This document shows, piece by piece, positions 34,982 to 44,940 of a stretch of DNA of 50,093 bases. Position numbers and translations under genes: made by a program. The DNA is from Thermomicrobiaceae bacterium (lineage in GTDB: Bacteria > Chloroflexota > Chloroflexia > Thermomicrobiales > Thermomicrobiaceae). Below the pieces are notes generated by a model that saw only the letters and a program-made list of their open reading frames with translations, was not told the origin of the DNA and ran no database searches. The stretch is taken from assembly GCA_007133615.1 (NCBI GenBank), contig SLMJ01000049.1:1-50093 (forward strand), given 5' to 3'. Position 1 is the stretch's first letter. Each line of letters opens with the position of its first letter.

Positions 34982-36232
34982 ATGGCGATCCGGGATGGAG
35001 TTCATATGCGTGACAACCCCAATATGGAGAGACTCCCCCGGCAGTACGACCTGGACTGGTTGCGAGTCTTCGTTATCCTGTTCGTCTTCATGTTTCACGT
35101 TGGCATCATCTTCAGTGTGGATGATCTCGGTGTCCATTCCGATTGGCGGAACGGCACGCTTGGCCAGTTGTTGTTCTTCACGTCGTTTCTGCGGATGCCA
35201 GTGCTGTTCTTCATCGCCGGTGCCGGAACCTGGTTTCTGTTCCGACGGCGCGATGTCCAGCAGTTCTTTTCCGAACGTGTTCGGCGCCTGTTGATTCCGT
35301 TCATTAGCGCGTTGATCCTGATCGTTCCTGCGATGAGCTACATTGGATACCGCTTTCAGGCCGAACAGGCCGGGGAACGCATTCCTGGCTTCGGCGAGGT
35401 CTTCGTACAGTTGATCACCGCTATGCCGCACGAGTGGATGCATCTCTGGTTCATCGCCTATCTCCTGCTGTTCTCCCTGCTTGCCGCTCCGCTGTTCCAG
35501 TACCTGAAAACCGAACGCGGTCAGGCATTGCTGAATCGCGTGCTCTGCGCGCTCGACTGGCGCTGGGGAGTGTTGCTGTTCGCGGTTCCGATGATTCTGA
35601 TCGAGTGGTCGATGCAGTGGCGTTTCGTTGGTGACGTTCCGCTCGTCAACGACTGGGCCGACTTCACGCTCTATTTTTATCTGTTCATCTGTGGCTTCAT
35701 TCTCGTTGGCGATCCCCGATTCTGGGAACAGGTGCAGCGATTGCTCCCAGTGTCAGTCATCGCCACTGCGGGGCTGTTTGTGACCTTGCCGATTGCCCGA
35801 CAGCAGGTTGATCTGACTCAGAGTTTTCCGACTCACTGGGACTATTCACTCATTCAAGTGGGAATGGGCCTGATTGGATGGACGTCATTGCTCGCCGCTG
35901 TCGGTCTCACCCGGCGCTTCCTTTCGTTCGAAAATGCAGCGCTGCGCTACGCACGAGACGCAAGTTACCCGTTCTATCTTTTGCACATGCTTCCTCTGTG
36001 GGCGGTGGCGTACGTGGTCGTTTCCCTGTCGATGCCATATCCGATTGAGTTCGTTCTTATTACAGGCGTTTCGTTTGTGTTGACGCTGGCCATCTACGAG
36101 GTTCTGGTCCGGCGGCACCCTTCGACTCGATTCGCGTTCGGACTGAAACCGGTCTCGCAGGACTCACATCCAGCACGCACGCCACAGGATCTTGTGGCTT
36201 CTCGAGCGGGCCGGCACGGAAGCTCCGGTTAG
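34982..36232 (+). CDS. membrane acyltransferase family 3 protein (polysaccharide O-acyltransferase/OpgC-like)
   Basis: The LDWLRVFVILFVFMFH N-terminal motif is present and the protein has about 10 hydrophobic helices throughout. Several in-frame ATGs leave the start ambiguous. Confidence 0.75.
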   Translation: MAIRDGVHMRDNPNMERLPRQYDLDWLRVFVILFVFMFHVGIIFSVDDLGVHSDWRNGTLGQLLFFTSFLRMPVLFFIAGAGTWFLFRRRDVQQFFSERVRRLLIPFISALILIVPAMSYIGYRFQAEQAGERIPGFGEVFVQLITAMPHEWMHLWFIAYLLLFSLLAAPLFQYLKTERGQALLNRVLCALDWRWGVLLFAVPMILIEWSMQWRFVGDVPLVNDWADFTLYFYLFICGFILVGDPRFWEQVQRLLPVSVIATAGLFVTLPIARQQVDLTQSFPTHWDYSLIQVGMGLIGWTSLLAAVGLTRRFLSFENAALRYARDASYPFYLLHMLPLWAVAYVVVSLSMPYPIEFVLITGVSFVLTLAIYEVLVRRHPSTRFAFGLKPVSQDSHPARTPQDLVASRAGRHGSSG

Positions 36233-36319
36233 CAAAGTGGATCTTCGCGTGAGTGTACTGATCCTTACTGCCTTCATTGCATCGTACACCAGTGTTCGGG
36301 ACGACTCGAGGTATCTACG

Positions 36320-37663
36320 TTGATTCGATGGCTCTGGGACAATCCAGTTGTTACGGCGGTTACCAGCGTCCTCGATCGCCGCATTATCGAGACGGCCGTC
36401 GCGCTCTACAGCGTGCAGGCAATGAACTACATCCTGCCGCTCGTCACCATTCCGTATCTTGCTCGCGTGCTTGGACCAGGCCCATGGGGCGAGTTGATGT
36501 TCGTCATGTCGATTGCTGCGTTCGTCCACATGGTGATCAACTATTCGTTTGAGTTGTCCGCCACGCGGGACGTCGCCCAGCAACGTGGTGATCCAGACGC
36601 GATTTCAAGAACCGTTGCGGGTGTGCTCGGTGCTCGACTGGTGTTGACGGTCGGAATACTGGTTGTGATCGGCATCGCTCAACTGGTGTCGACAACCCTG
36701 GCGGATCTTGGCTGGTTGCTCTGGCTAGGTGTTTACTGGTTCGTGGCGATGGGATTCCACCCGTTCTGGTTCTATCTCGGGATCGAGCGGGTTCGAACTG
36801 CGGTCACGATTGACGTAATCATCCGGGCAATTGCGGCCGGACTGGTGATTCTGCTCGTCAATGCTCCGGGTGATGCCTGGTTGGTCTTCACGCTACAGGG
36901 AACCGGCACCATGCTGGCGATGATCGTGACCACCATTATGATCTACCGCCACGTTCCGTTCCGATTGCCGGACCTTCGTTTGACGATCGACACGCTCAAG
37001 TCCGGTGCTGGGCTGTTCATCTTCAGGGCATCGACCGGCCTCTATGCAATGAGTAACACCATCATTCTTGGTTTCGTGTCGGCACCGGCGGCTGTCGCGT
37101 TTTATTCCGCCGGAGAACGAATCCAGCGAATCACTACGACGGTCCTGCAAACGATTACCAACGCGATGTTTCCGCGAGCATCAATGCTCGCCAAGAGTAA
37201 TCCACAGCAAGCGGCACGTCTGGCGCGGGTCTCGACGTTTACGATGTTCGCGTTGGCCCTTGTCGGGGTGGGGATACTCTACCTTCTGGCCCCCTGGATC
37301 GTGCTGATTATTCTGGGAAGTGGATACGAGGAGGTTGTGCCCGTACTCCGGATCCTCTTCCTGGTGGTACTTCTTCACAGTATCAACATCCCGATAGGGC
37401 ATCACTGGTTGATTCCGAACGGCTACGATGGGTTGTTGACGAAGATCACGGCGACCGCGGGAGTTATTCACATCCCGGTCGCGATATTCCTGGCGATGCA
37501 GTATGCGCACATCGGCGTCGCCTGGGCGCTGGTCGGTGCAGAAGCGATCATCATGGTATTGCTGATTGTTATCCCACTGATCAAAGGCATCGGGCCATTC
37601 AGAATGCCGCTGCGTGACTCCGGGACTCTGACGTCGACGCCGATGGAGAGTGTGAACTCATGA
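36320..37663 (+). CDS. wzx: Wzx-type oligosaccharide flippase (MOP superfamily polysaccharide biosynthesis protein)
   Basis: Polytopic membrane protein of about 447 aa. The N-terminus ...LYSVQAMNYILPLVTIPYLARVLGPGPWG is typical of PF01943 flippases. TTG start is uncertain. Confidence 0.8.
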   Translation: MIRWLWDNPVVTAVTSVLDRRIIETAVALYSVQAMNYILPLVTIPYLARVLGPGPWGELMFVMSIAAFVHMVINYSFELSATRDVAQQRGDPDAISRTVAGVLGARLVLTVGILVVIGIAQLVSTTLADLGWLLWLGVYWFVAMGFHPFWFYLGIERVRTAVTIDVIIRAIAAGLVILLVNAPGDAWLVFTLQGTGTMLAMIVTTIMIYRHVPFRLPDLRLTIDTLKSGAGLFIFRASTGLYAMSNTIILGFVSAPAAVAFYSAGERIQRITTTVLQTITNAMFPRASMLAKSNPQQAARLARVSTFTMFALALVGVGILYLLAPWIVLIILGSGYEEVVPVLRILFLVVLLHSINIPIGHHWLIPNGYDGLLTKITATAGVIHIPVAIFLAMQYAHIGVAWALVGAEAIIMVLLIVIPLIKGIGPFRMPLRDSGTLTSTPMESVNS

Positions 37664-37709
37664 GTGTCGTTTCCGGACAGGCAACCGCAATGAATGCAGG
37701 GCAGTGCGT

Positions 37710-38678
37710 ATGCAGGTAAGCGTGGTCATCCCGGCACACAATGCCCAGAAGCACTTGCAGGAAGCGGTCGACAGTGTGTTGAACCAGACCCATCGGGATT
37801 TTGAACTCATTCTGATCGATGATGGCTCGACTGACGCGACGCTGACGATCATGCGTGAGTTTGAGGAACGTGATCAGCGCGTGCGGGTGATTTCCCATCC
37901 GAACTGGGGAATACCTCGCTCACTCAATCATGCAATCGAACAGGCTCGCAATGAGTGGATCGCCCGGATGGATGCTGACGACATCATGCATCCGGAGCGA
38001 CTGGAACGACAGGTCGCGTTCGTTCAGGAGAACCCTGATCTCGACGTTACTGGCACGTTAGTGACGTATATCGATCAGCGCGGTCGGGAAATTGGTCGCT
38101 GTCATCCAGTCGGTACCACTCGCGATTCGATCAAGGAGACACGTCAGGAGGGTCTGATCTCCGGAATCTATCATCCGACTGTTCTGATGAGACGCTCGAC
38201 GGTTCAATCGGTTGGCGGCTATCGTCCTGAACTGTGGACCGCTGAGGATATAGATCTCTGGGCTCGAATCGATGACGCCGGAGCTAAGGTGCTGGTTCAA
38301 GCAGAGTACTTGCTTCAGTACCGAGTGCACGGCGGTTCATCGGCCTTCGGGAAAACTCGCGACGTTGAACTGGCCCGCGAATGGATCCGCGCCTGCTCCC
38401 TCAATCGCCGAGCGGGGATTGCCGAACCAACGCTGGAGGAGTTCCTGGAGCAGCGAAACTCGCGTCCACTGCTGCAACGGCTGAATCAGAACCGGCGGGA
38501 GATTGCCGATGCGTGCTATCGAACGGCGGTGTTGTCCTACGGGACGCGCGACTACCTGAGGTTGATCGTATATGTCGCAGGAGCAACGATCCTCGGTTCG
38601 CCGCACGTGCGCAGACAGGTCGAATGGCGTCTGTTGCGCCCGGTGACGAGCCGGCTCATCAGGACCAAAGAGGCATGA
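37710..38678 (+). CDS. family 2 glycosyltransferase (copy A of a tandem pair)
   Basis: VSVVIPAHNAQKHL..AVDSVLNQTH.DFELILIDDGSTD and the DADD motif support the call. GTG 37704 is an alternative start. Confidence 0.85.
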   Translation: MQVSVVIPAHNAQKHLQEAVDSVLNQTHRDFELILIDDGSTDATLTIMREFEERDQRVRVISHPNWGIPRSLNHAIEQARNEWIARMDADDIMHPERLERQVAFVQENPDLDVTGTLVTYIDQRGREIGRCHPVGTTRDSIKETRQEGLISGIYHPTVLMRRSTVQSVGGYRPELWTAEDIDLWARIDDAGAKVLVQAEYLLQYRVHGGSSAFGKTRDVELAREWIRACSLNRRAGIAEPTLEEFLEQRNSRPLLQRLNQNRREIADACYRTAVLSYGTRDYLRLIVYVAGATILGSPHVRRQVEWRLLRPVTSRLIRTKEA

Positions 38679-38744
38679 TCGTTCGCGCCCGTTCGTAGTG
38701 GAATTGTATTCGAGCAACTGCACCGATCCGTGGATGGAACCAAT

Positions 38745-39701
38745 ATGTTCGTTAGTGTTGTCATCGCTGCGTACAATGCAGAGCCATTCTTGTGCGACCT
38801 CATGGAAAGCACGCTCGGGCAGACGCATGAGGACTTCGAAGTGGTCATCGTCGATGACGGTTCGACTGATCGAACGCTCGAACTGCTCCGCGAGTACGAA
38901 AAGCGTGACGACCGTGTCCGTGTAATCAGCCAGGAGAACCAGGGCGCAAGTATCGCCCGGAATCGTGCCATCGAGGCCGCACGGGCGGACTGGATCGCCT
39001 TGATGGACGCGGACGACACGATGGAGCCGAATCGACTCGAGCGTCAGATTGCCTTCATCGAGGAGCACCCCGAACTACACCTTGCCGCGACCATGGTGAT
39101 CCACATCGATGCCGATGGCAGGGAGATAGGACGCAGTGTTCCAGTGCTGACCCGCCACGAGGAAGTTGAAGCCGCGAAACAGCGGGGCGACATCATTGGA
39201 TTTCATCAGAATACGGTGCTGATGCGCCGTGATGTTTTTCAGGCAGTTGGCGGATATCGACACGAATTCTGGCCGGGTGAGGACATGGATCTCTGGGCCA
39301 GAATCGTCTATTCGGGATACCGTGTTCTCGTTCAGCCAGAGTACCTGGTTCGATACCGGGTTCACGGCTCTTCCGCCTCGGTGCAGACCAGAGAGTATCG
39401 CGAGAACGTACGCTGGATTCACACGTGCATCAACCGAAGGCTGAACGGGCTTCCCGAGCCGACTCGTGACGAGTACCTGCGGGGTCTGCAAAACGAGCCC
39501 TTGCTGACCCGGTTGAACATCAAGCGTATCGATACCGCATGGGTGTTCTACCGCAACGCGACGCTGGCGTTTGCAACTGGTAACCGCATTCAAGCCGCCT
39601 ATCAGGTTGTGATCGCGTCCATTCTGGATCCGCTGCACGCAGTGCCGAAAGTCATCCGGAAGCTGCGCCAGTCGATCCCCGGGACCCGCTCGGCACACTA
39701 G
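38745..39701 (+). CDS. family 2 glycosyltransferase (copy B of a tandem pair)
   Basis: VSVVIAAYNAEPFL...LGQTHEDFEVVIVDDGSTD and DADD are present. It is colinear with copy A over its whole length (..ERLERQ.AF..E.P.L...GGYR.E.W..ED.DLWARI....Y.V.YRVHG.S). GTG 38730 is an alternative start. Confidence 0.85.
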   Translation: MFVSVVIAAYNAEPFLCDLMESTLGQTHEDFEVVIVDDGSTDRTLELLREYEKRDDRVRVISQENQGASIARNRAIEAARADWIALMDADDTMEPNRLERQIAFIEEHPELHLAATMVIHIDADGREIGRSVPVLTRHEEVEAAKQRGDIIGFHQNTVLMRRDVFQAVGGYRHEFWPGEDMDLWARIVYSGYRVLVQPEYLVRYRVHGSSASVQTREYRENVRWIHTCINRRLNGLPEPTRDEYLRGLQNEPLLTRLNIKRIDTAWVFYRNATLAFATGNRIQAAYQVVIASILDPLHAVPKVIRKLRQSIPGTRSAH

Positions 39702-39717
39702 GAGTTCATCGCGGCGT

Positions 39718-41016
39718 ATGTCTGTTCTGGATCAAACAACTCATTCAAGTAACGATCCGGCAACCGGGGACGGTAGTGAATCGCCAGAGCGGTTGAACGT
39801 CCTCATATCTGCATTCTCTTGCTGGCCGGGAAAGGGGTCCGAGGCGGGAGTTGGCTGGAACTGGTCAACGATTGCTTCCCGGCACCACAACGTCTGGGTC
39901 CTGGTCTGGCCGGAGAATCGCCTGGCAATCGAAACCGAACTCGATCGAATGGACGGACCGAAGCCAAACTTCATCTACTGGCGTGTTCCGGGCTGGCCGG
40001 AGTCGTTGCTCCCGATCGACGAATACATGCGTATCTACTACGTTCTGTGGCAGCTGACGATCCTGCCAAGAGCATGGTGGCTGCACAAGCGGATCGGATT
40101 CGATGCGGTTCACCATCTCACGTTCAACACCATCGAACTGCCCGGATTTCTCTGGATACTGGGTGCACCGTTTTACTGGGGGCCTGTCGGCGGAGCCCAG
40201 GAGCCTCCCTCAAGCCTGCGGCATCACTTTGGTGGAGCATGGTTCGGCGAAGTGGTCCGGATTATCCGCAAGCGAATCGTCCCCTGGAACCCGTTGGTGA
40301 GAATGTCGCTCCGCCGCGCGAAGAAGGTACTGGCTGCCAACGAAGACACCGCGCGTCTGCTGGAAAAGTGCGGTGTAAAAGATCCGCCACGTGAACTGGA
40401 AACCGGCATCGATACCTCAACGATCGAGGTCGTGGACGAGTCGTCGGATCCGGAGCGACTGACGGTCCTCTGGGCCGGGAAGTTTTTCGCTCGGAAAGGA
40501 CCGTTCCTGGCGATATCGGCGATCGCCGAAGCGAAACGCCGGGGCATTCCTGTGCGCATGCTGATTGCCGGTGATGGCCCCCAGGAGTCGGCGATGAAGC
40601 AACACATCAACGCTCTGGGGCTCGATGAGGATGTCGAACTCCTGGGGCGACTCAATCATCAGGAGATGACCGAGTTCTACCGTCGAGGAGACGTCCTGTT
40701 CTTCTCGAGCCTGCACGATACATCAGGCAACGTCATGCTGGAAGCAATGGCGCACGGTCTTCCGGTTCTGGCGCTGGATCAGCACGGGGCTGCAGAGATA
40801 GTCGACGAGTACAGCGGAATCAAAGTCCCGGTGGCTGATGAGCAATCCGTGCTCACGGGGTTCGCGGATGGCATGCAGACGTTCTACGAGAATCCGGATC
40901 AGCGCAAATCCATGGGCTATTCGGCACGTAAGCGGGTTGAAGCAAAATACTCATGGAGTCGGAAGAACGAATTGATCCGGGATCTGTACGTCTCTGAATC
41001 GACGGTCAAAGCGTGA
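39718..41016 (+). CDS. family 4 (GT-B) glycosyltransferase
   Basis: The C-terminal Glycos_transf_1 pattern is present: GK.F.RKG, LIAGDGP, FFSSLHDTSGNVMLEAMAHGLPVLA and VP. Confidence 0.8.
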   Translation: MSVLDQTTHSSNDPATGDGSESPERLNVLISAFSCWPGKGSEAGVGWNWSTIASRHHNVWVLVWPENRLAIETELDRMDGPKPNFIYWRVPGWPESLLPIDEYMRIYYVLWQLTILPRAWWLHKRIGFDAVHHLTFNTIELPGFLWILGAPFYWGPVGGAQEPPSSLRHHFGGAWFGEVVRIIRKRIVPWNPLVRMSLRRAKKVLAANEDTARLLEKCGVKDPPRELETGIDTSTIEVVDESSDPERLTVLWAGKFFARKGPFLAISAIAEAKRRGIPVRMLIAGDGPQESAMKQHINALGLDEDVELLGRLNHQEMTEFYRRGDVLFFSSLHDTSGNVMLEAMAHGLPVLALDQHGAAEIVDEYSGIKVPVADEQSVLTGFADGMQTFYENPDQRKSMGYSARKRVEAKYSWSRKNELIRDLYVSESTVKA

Positions 41017-41074
41017 GCATCGAGCGGTTGCGGTTATGCCGGCCACTCAAACAGTCTGAAACACAGGAGAACCG

Positions 41075-42226
41075 GTGACAGCAAACGCCCGGCTGAGCAT
41101 CATCATCAACAACTTCAATTATGAGCGGTTTCTGCCCGCTGCAATCCAGAGTGCCCTGGATCAGACCTGGGCCGAGACCGAGGTCATAGTTGTCGATGAC
41201 GGCTCCAGTGATGGGTCTGCCTCTGTCATCCAGTGGTTTGGGGATGCAGTGATTCCGGTCTTCAAGGAGAACGGTGGGCAAGCCTCCGCGATTAACGTCG
41301 GCTTTCGGGCGAGTTCCGGGGATGCCGTGATATTCCTCGACGCTGACGACGTGCTGGAATCTCACATTGGCGAGCGAGTGATGGCGATCGTCAACCACGA
41401 ACCCGATGTTGCGAAGATCCAGTTCCGGCTCCGGATGATCGATGGTGATGGCGAGGATCTCGGCGCGGTTGTGCCGCCATCGTGGCAGTTATTACCGAAC
41501 GGCGATCTGCGTTCCTGGATCGTCCGGCATCGCTCTTACGTCTATCCGCCGACAAGCGGCAACGCCTTCACCCGGGCAGCACTCAAAGAGATCTGGCCGA
41601 TTCCCGAGACGACGTTCAGGATCTCCGCCGATCAATACCTTCATCATGCCACGCCGCTTGTCGGCACAGTGAGAGCCATCGACACAGTCGGCGGACGCTA
41701 TCGCCTGCATCAGTCCAACCACTATGTAACGCGAGAAATCGATCTGAATCGGGTCAGAACCGAGATCGTCATCAGCCGTGACGGGCATCCCTTCTATCGG
41801 GAGATTGCGGAACGTACCGGCCTCTACGCGTACCCGCGGACGTATCTGGATGTCAGTGACCGAATCCTGTTCGGCTTGCGGTTGACATCGCTGAAACTCG
41901 ATCCCGGACGCCATCCAGTACCCGGGGATAGTGTTTTCCGCCTCGGCATTCGCGGGATTCTCGCGACCGTCAGAGCACCGGATTCGTCACTCGCACGCAA
42001 GCTGTTTCAGAGCATCTGGTTTGCGGGCGTCGCGTTGCTGCCTCGTCGACAAGCTGCCTGGATCGTTCTGCAACGAATGCAGGTCAACACTCCCGCCCAG
42101 CGTTCCGATTCGAAGGAATCTGGGCGAGTTCGGAGCCTGTTTGTCCGCCTGATTTCTCGAAAATCTGGGAACGATATCGAGATGAACCCCGAAAACGCAC
42201 CGAAACGAGGTGTTGGCAATGGATGA
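41075..42226 (+). CDS. family 2 glycosyltransferase
   Basis: LSIIINNFNYERFL..AI.SALDQTW...EVIVVDDGSSDGS and LDADD support the call. AGGAGA lies upstream of GTG 41075. Confidence 0.8.
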   Translation: MTANARLSIIINNFNYERFLPAAIQSALDQTWAETEVIVVDDGSSDGSASVIQWFGDAVIPVFKENGGQASAINVGFRASSGDAVIFLDADDVLESHIGERVMAIVNHEPDVAKIQFRLRMIDGDGEDLGAVVPPSWQLLPNGDLRSWIVRHRSYVYPPTSGNAFTRAALKEIWPIPETTFRISADQYLHHATPLVGTVRAIDTVGGRYRLHQSNHYVTREIDLNRVRTEIVISRDGHPFYREIAERTGLYAYPRTYLDVSDRILFGLRLTSLKLDPGRHPVPGDSVFRLGIRGILATVRAPDSSLARKLFQSIWFAGVALLPRRQAAWIVLQRMQVNTPAQRSDSKESGRVRSLFVRLISRKSGNDIEMNPENAPKRGVGNG

Positions 42227-43682
42227 GTCTCGGCAAGGGGGGCAAGTCCAAGACCCTGAACAAATGCGACTGGTCAAGCTGGCCTGGCTCGCACTGATCT
42301 GGGGTGTGCTCCTCGCGCCGATGTTCATGACGTTCGCCCACCCTGGAACCGCCGGTCCCGAGTTCTATTCCGCGGCGGAGCCAGTGCAACGCGTGCCGAG
42401 TGGGCCGTTGGCGCCGCTGTTGATCCTGCTCGCCCAATACGGTCTTCTCGGGATCGGTGCGGCAGCAGTCATCATAGCGGTTCGCGTACCGAAGCCATTG
42501 ACTTCTGGACTCGGGCTCTGGCTCGGGGCAATGCTTATGACGATGGGCCCGTTCCTGGCGATGTTCTTCGGCGCCGAACCTGGGCTTCGCAGCGCGATTG
42601 TCCGGATTCCGATTATCTTCACGGCAGCGTTTCTGTTACCCAGTCCCGGGGTCGATTGGTTTGTTCGGAGATGCAAAGGGGTCATCGAGTTCTACACAGC
42701 GATGTCCCTGGGAGCAATGCTTGTCGCCCAGCAGTGGGTGCTGACGACCGACTACGCCGGGTCGATCATCCCGGGTATTTCGATCCGTTTACACGGCATC
42801 GCCGGACACGCGAACAATTTTGCGCTGCTTCTGCTGGTCTACCTGATCATCGGATGGATAGTTCCGGCCCGGACCGTCCGGGAGCGGTTCATGCTCGGCA
42901 TGATTCTGACTGCGCTGGTACTCACGCAATCGAAGACGATCTTTCTCGTTACCGCAATCGTGTACGTCATCAGGCTGTTCTACATGAGCGGGATGACGCG
43001 CTTGCTTGCTCCCTACCTGCTGGCGGTGGGAGCCACGACGACCGCCCTGGTGGCTACCTTCATCAATCCGCGGTGGCCGGGTGAACTCGTCAGCCATATC
43101 TTCACCGAAGACGTCGTTACGCTGACCGGTCGGACCAACGTCTGGGAGTTTACGACCGAGTTATGGCGTGAGAATCCGATATTCGGTTATGGGGTGAATC
43201 TCTGGGACCAGCGGATGGCTCTGGACTTTGCCTCGATGTATGGCTGGTTGCCCGAACACGCTCACAACCAGTTCTATCAGACACTCGGTGAAGCCGGGCT
43301 CGTCGGCCTTACCGGCCTGCTGATATTCACCGTTATTCTGATCATGTACGCCGTTCGGCACCACTCCTGGACCCGTGGTGCGTCGCTGGCTCTGGTCGTG
43401 ACGCTTCTGGTTCGTGCGATTACCGAACTCTCGATGCACGGTGATCTCGGGGAATCATTCTTCGCGTTCTTCGTCACATTTGCTGCGTTGATTGTCATAA
43501 GTGCCGAAGCGCCGGAAACGGTGCGAGAGCAACGACCGTCCAGTCAGTCTGTCGTGCCCGCGATGCAATCTGCCGCCGGGACGATTCCGGCGGATCATCC
43601 CGGGGCTGTGGCTCCGGTTACGAGTTATTTCAGATCGGATATGAATGAGTCGTCCAGCGCGGAAGAATCGCGCTGGCCGTAA
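42219..43682 (+). CDS. wzy: O-antigen ligase/Wzy-like polysaccharide polymerase (Wzy_C domain)
   Basis: About 11 TM helices and an external loop with GRTNVWE...GYG....EHAHNQFYQTLGEAGLVGL, the O-antigen-ligase family motif. ATG 42219 has GAGGTG upstream and overlaps the preceding stop by 8 nt. Confidence 0.75.
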   Translation: MDESRQGGQVQDPEQMRLVKLAWLALIWGVLLAPMFMTFAHPGTAGPEFYSAAEPVQRVPSGPLAPLLILLAQYGLLGIGAAAVIIAVRVPKPLTSGLGLWLGAMLMTMGPFLAMFFGAEPGLRSAIVRIPIIFTAAFLLPSPGVDWFVRRCKGVIEFYTAMSLGAMLVAQQWVLTTDYAGSIIPGISIRLHGIAGHANNFALLLLVYLIIGWIVPARTVRERFMLGMILTALVLTQSKTIFLVTAIVYVIRLFYMSGMTRLLAPYLLAVGATTTALVATFINPRWPGELVSHIFTEDVVTLTGRTNVWEFTTELWRENPIFGYGVNLWDQRMALDFASMYGWLPEHAHNQFYQTLGEAGLVGLTGLLIFTVILIMYAVRHHSWTRGASLALVVTLLVRAITELSMHGDLGESFFAFFVTFAALIVISAEAPETVREQRPSSQSVVPAMQSAAGTIPADHPGAVAPVTSYFRSDMNESSSAEESRWP

Positions 43683-43699
43683 TGTAAGGAGCCGTTCAC

Positions 43700-44857
43700 T
43701 TGCGAGTTGCCTGTTTGATCCCGTCTTTTCAGCCTTATCGTGTCCCTGTTTTCGATGTCATGCACGAAGAGCTCGGCGACGATTTCACGGTGTTCACGCT
43801 TTCTGACCCGCCTCAGCGTAACGATCGACTCGGACTGGAACGCGGGAATTTCAACCGCCGGCTCGTGAAGGGGCGCTATCTTCCACTGGCGCCGCTCGAG
43901 CCGGAAGGGTTGCAGACGCCGACGAACTTCGTAATGGGGCCGGGCTTTCCGCTTCATCTGCGTGAGGAAGATCCGGACGTTGTGATCGCAATGAATTTCA
44001 CATCGTGGACGCTCGCATCGATCGCGATGGGTTACCCCACGGTTGTCTTCTGGGAAGGCACCCGGCATACCGAGCGGACAGTCGGGCGCTGGCGCCGAGG
44101 GATTCGCCGGCAGATGACACGGCGAGCGGAGGAGTTTGTGGTCTGTGGACCACTGGCCGAGGAGTACCTGGTAGATGTGCTCCGCGCACCGCAGGAACGG
44201 GTTCGAATCGGTGGAACAGCGGCAGCGCCGCCTCCCGAGGAGTATCGAAACCTCGGGCCGCGGAGAGTGCTGCCCGACGAGCCGATCCGGTTTCTCTATG
44301 TCGGTCAGATGATCGGCCGCAAGGGAGTCACGCATCTGATCAGTGCCGTCGAAGAACTGAAACGGCGCACTGACCTGCCGCGACCGTTCGAAGTCTGGTT
44401 GTCCGGTGACGGACCCCGGCGGGAAGAACTCGAGCAGCAGGCACGTGATGCCGGAGTGGCCGACATCGTGAAGTTCCTCGGCCACACATCATACGATGAG
44501 GTCTGGTCACTCTACTCACGGGCGCACGTGTTTATCATGCCGACGTTGCAGGATCACTGGCCCCTGGTCGTTCCGGAAGCGATGTCTATGGGCCTGCCAA
44601 TGATGATCTCGCACTATGCCGGCAATGTGCCCGAGTTCGTCCATGAAAATCGCAACGGATTCGTGCTGGAACCGACTGACCACCGTGGAATCGCTGACAA
44701 CATGGAAACGTACATCCGCGATACCGGGCAGGTCGAGCGCCACAGTGTTCAGAGCCTGGAAATGGTTGCGCCGTATACGCCAGAGTGGGCGGCGGAAGGG
44801 TTCCTGTCTGCGGCGCGCGATGTTCACGAACGTCGGAACGCGCTGGCCGCTGGCTGA
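43700..44857 (+). CDS. family 4 (GT-B) glycosyltransferase
   Basis: FLYVGQMIGRKGV, LSGDGP, FIMPTLQDHWPLVVPEAMSMGLPMM and NGF support the call. AAGGAG lies 8 nt upstream of TTG 43700. Confidence 0.8.
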   Translation: MRVACLIPSFQPYRVPVFDVMHEELGDDFTVFTLSDPPQRNDRLGLERGNFNRRLVKGRYLPLAPLEPEGLQTPTNFVMGPGFPLHLREEDPDVVIAMNFTSWTLASIAMGYPTVVFWEGTRHTERTVGRWRRGIRRQMTRRAEEFVVCGPLAEEYLVDVLRAPQERVRIGGTAAAPPPEEYRNLGPRRVLPDEPIRFLYVGQMIGRKGVTHLISAVEELKRRTDLPRPFEVWLSGDGPRREELEQQARDAGVADIVKFLGHTSYDEVWSLYSRAHVFIMPTLQDHWPLVVPEAMSMGLPMMISHYAGNVPEFVHENRNGFVLEPTDHRGIADNMETYIRDTGQVERHSVQSLEMVAPYTPEWAAEGFLSAARDVHERRNALAAG

Positions 44858-44881
44858 CCGCGCGCAAAGGCAGAAACAAAG

Positions 44882-44909
44882 AACCGGGGCGGTGTTAACC
44901 GCCCCGGTT
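44882..44909. terminator. 11-bp GC hairpin between convergent genes (bidirectional terminator)
   Basis: AACCGGGGCGG-TGTTAA-CCGCCCCGGTT has T-rich flanks on both strands. It lies between the stop at 44857 (plus strand) and the stop at 44941 (minus strand). Confidence 0.65.
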
Positions 44910-44940
44910 TTATTGCGATTCGTTCTCTGATCGGTACAGG

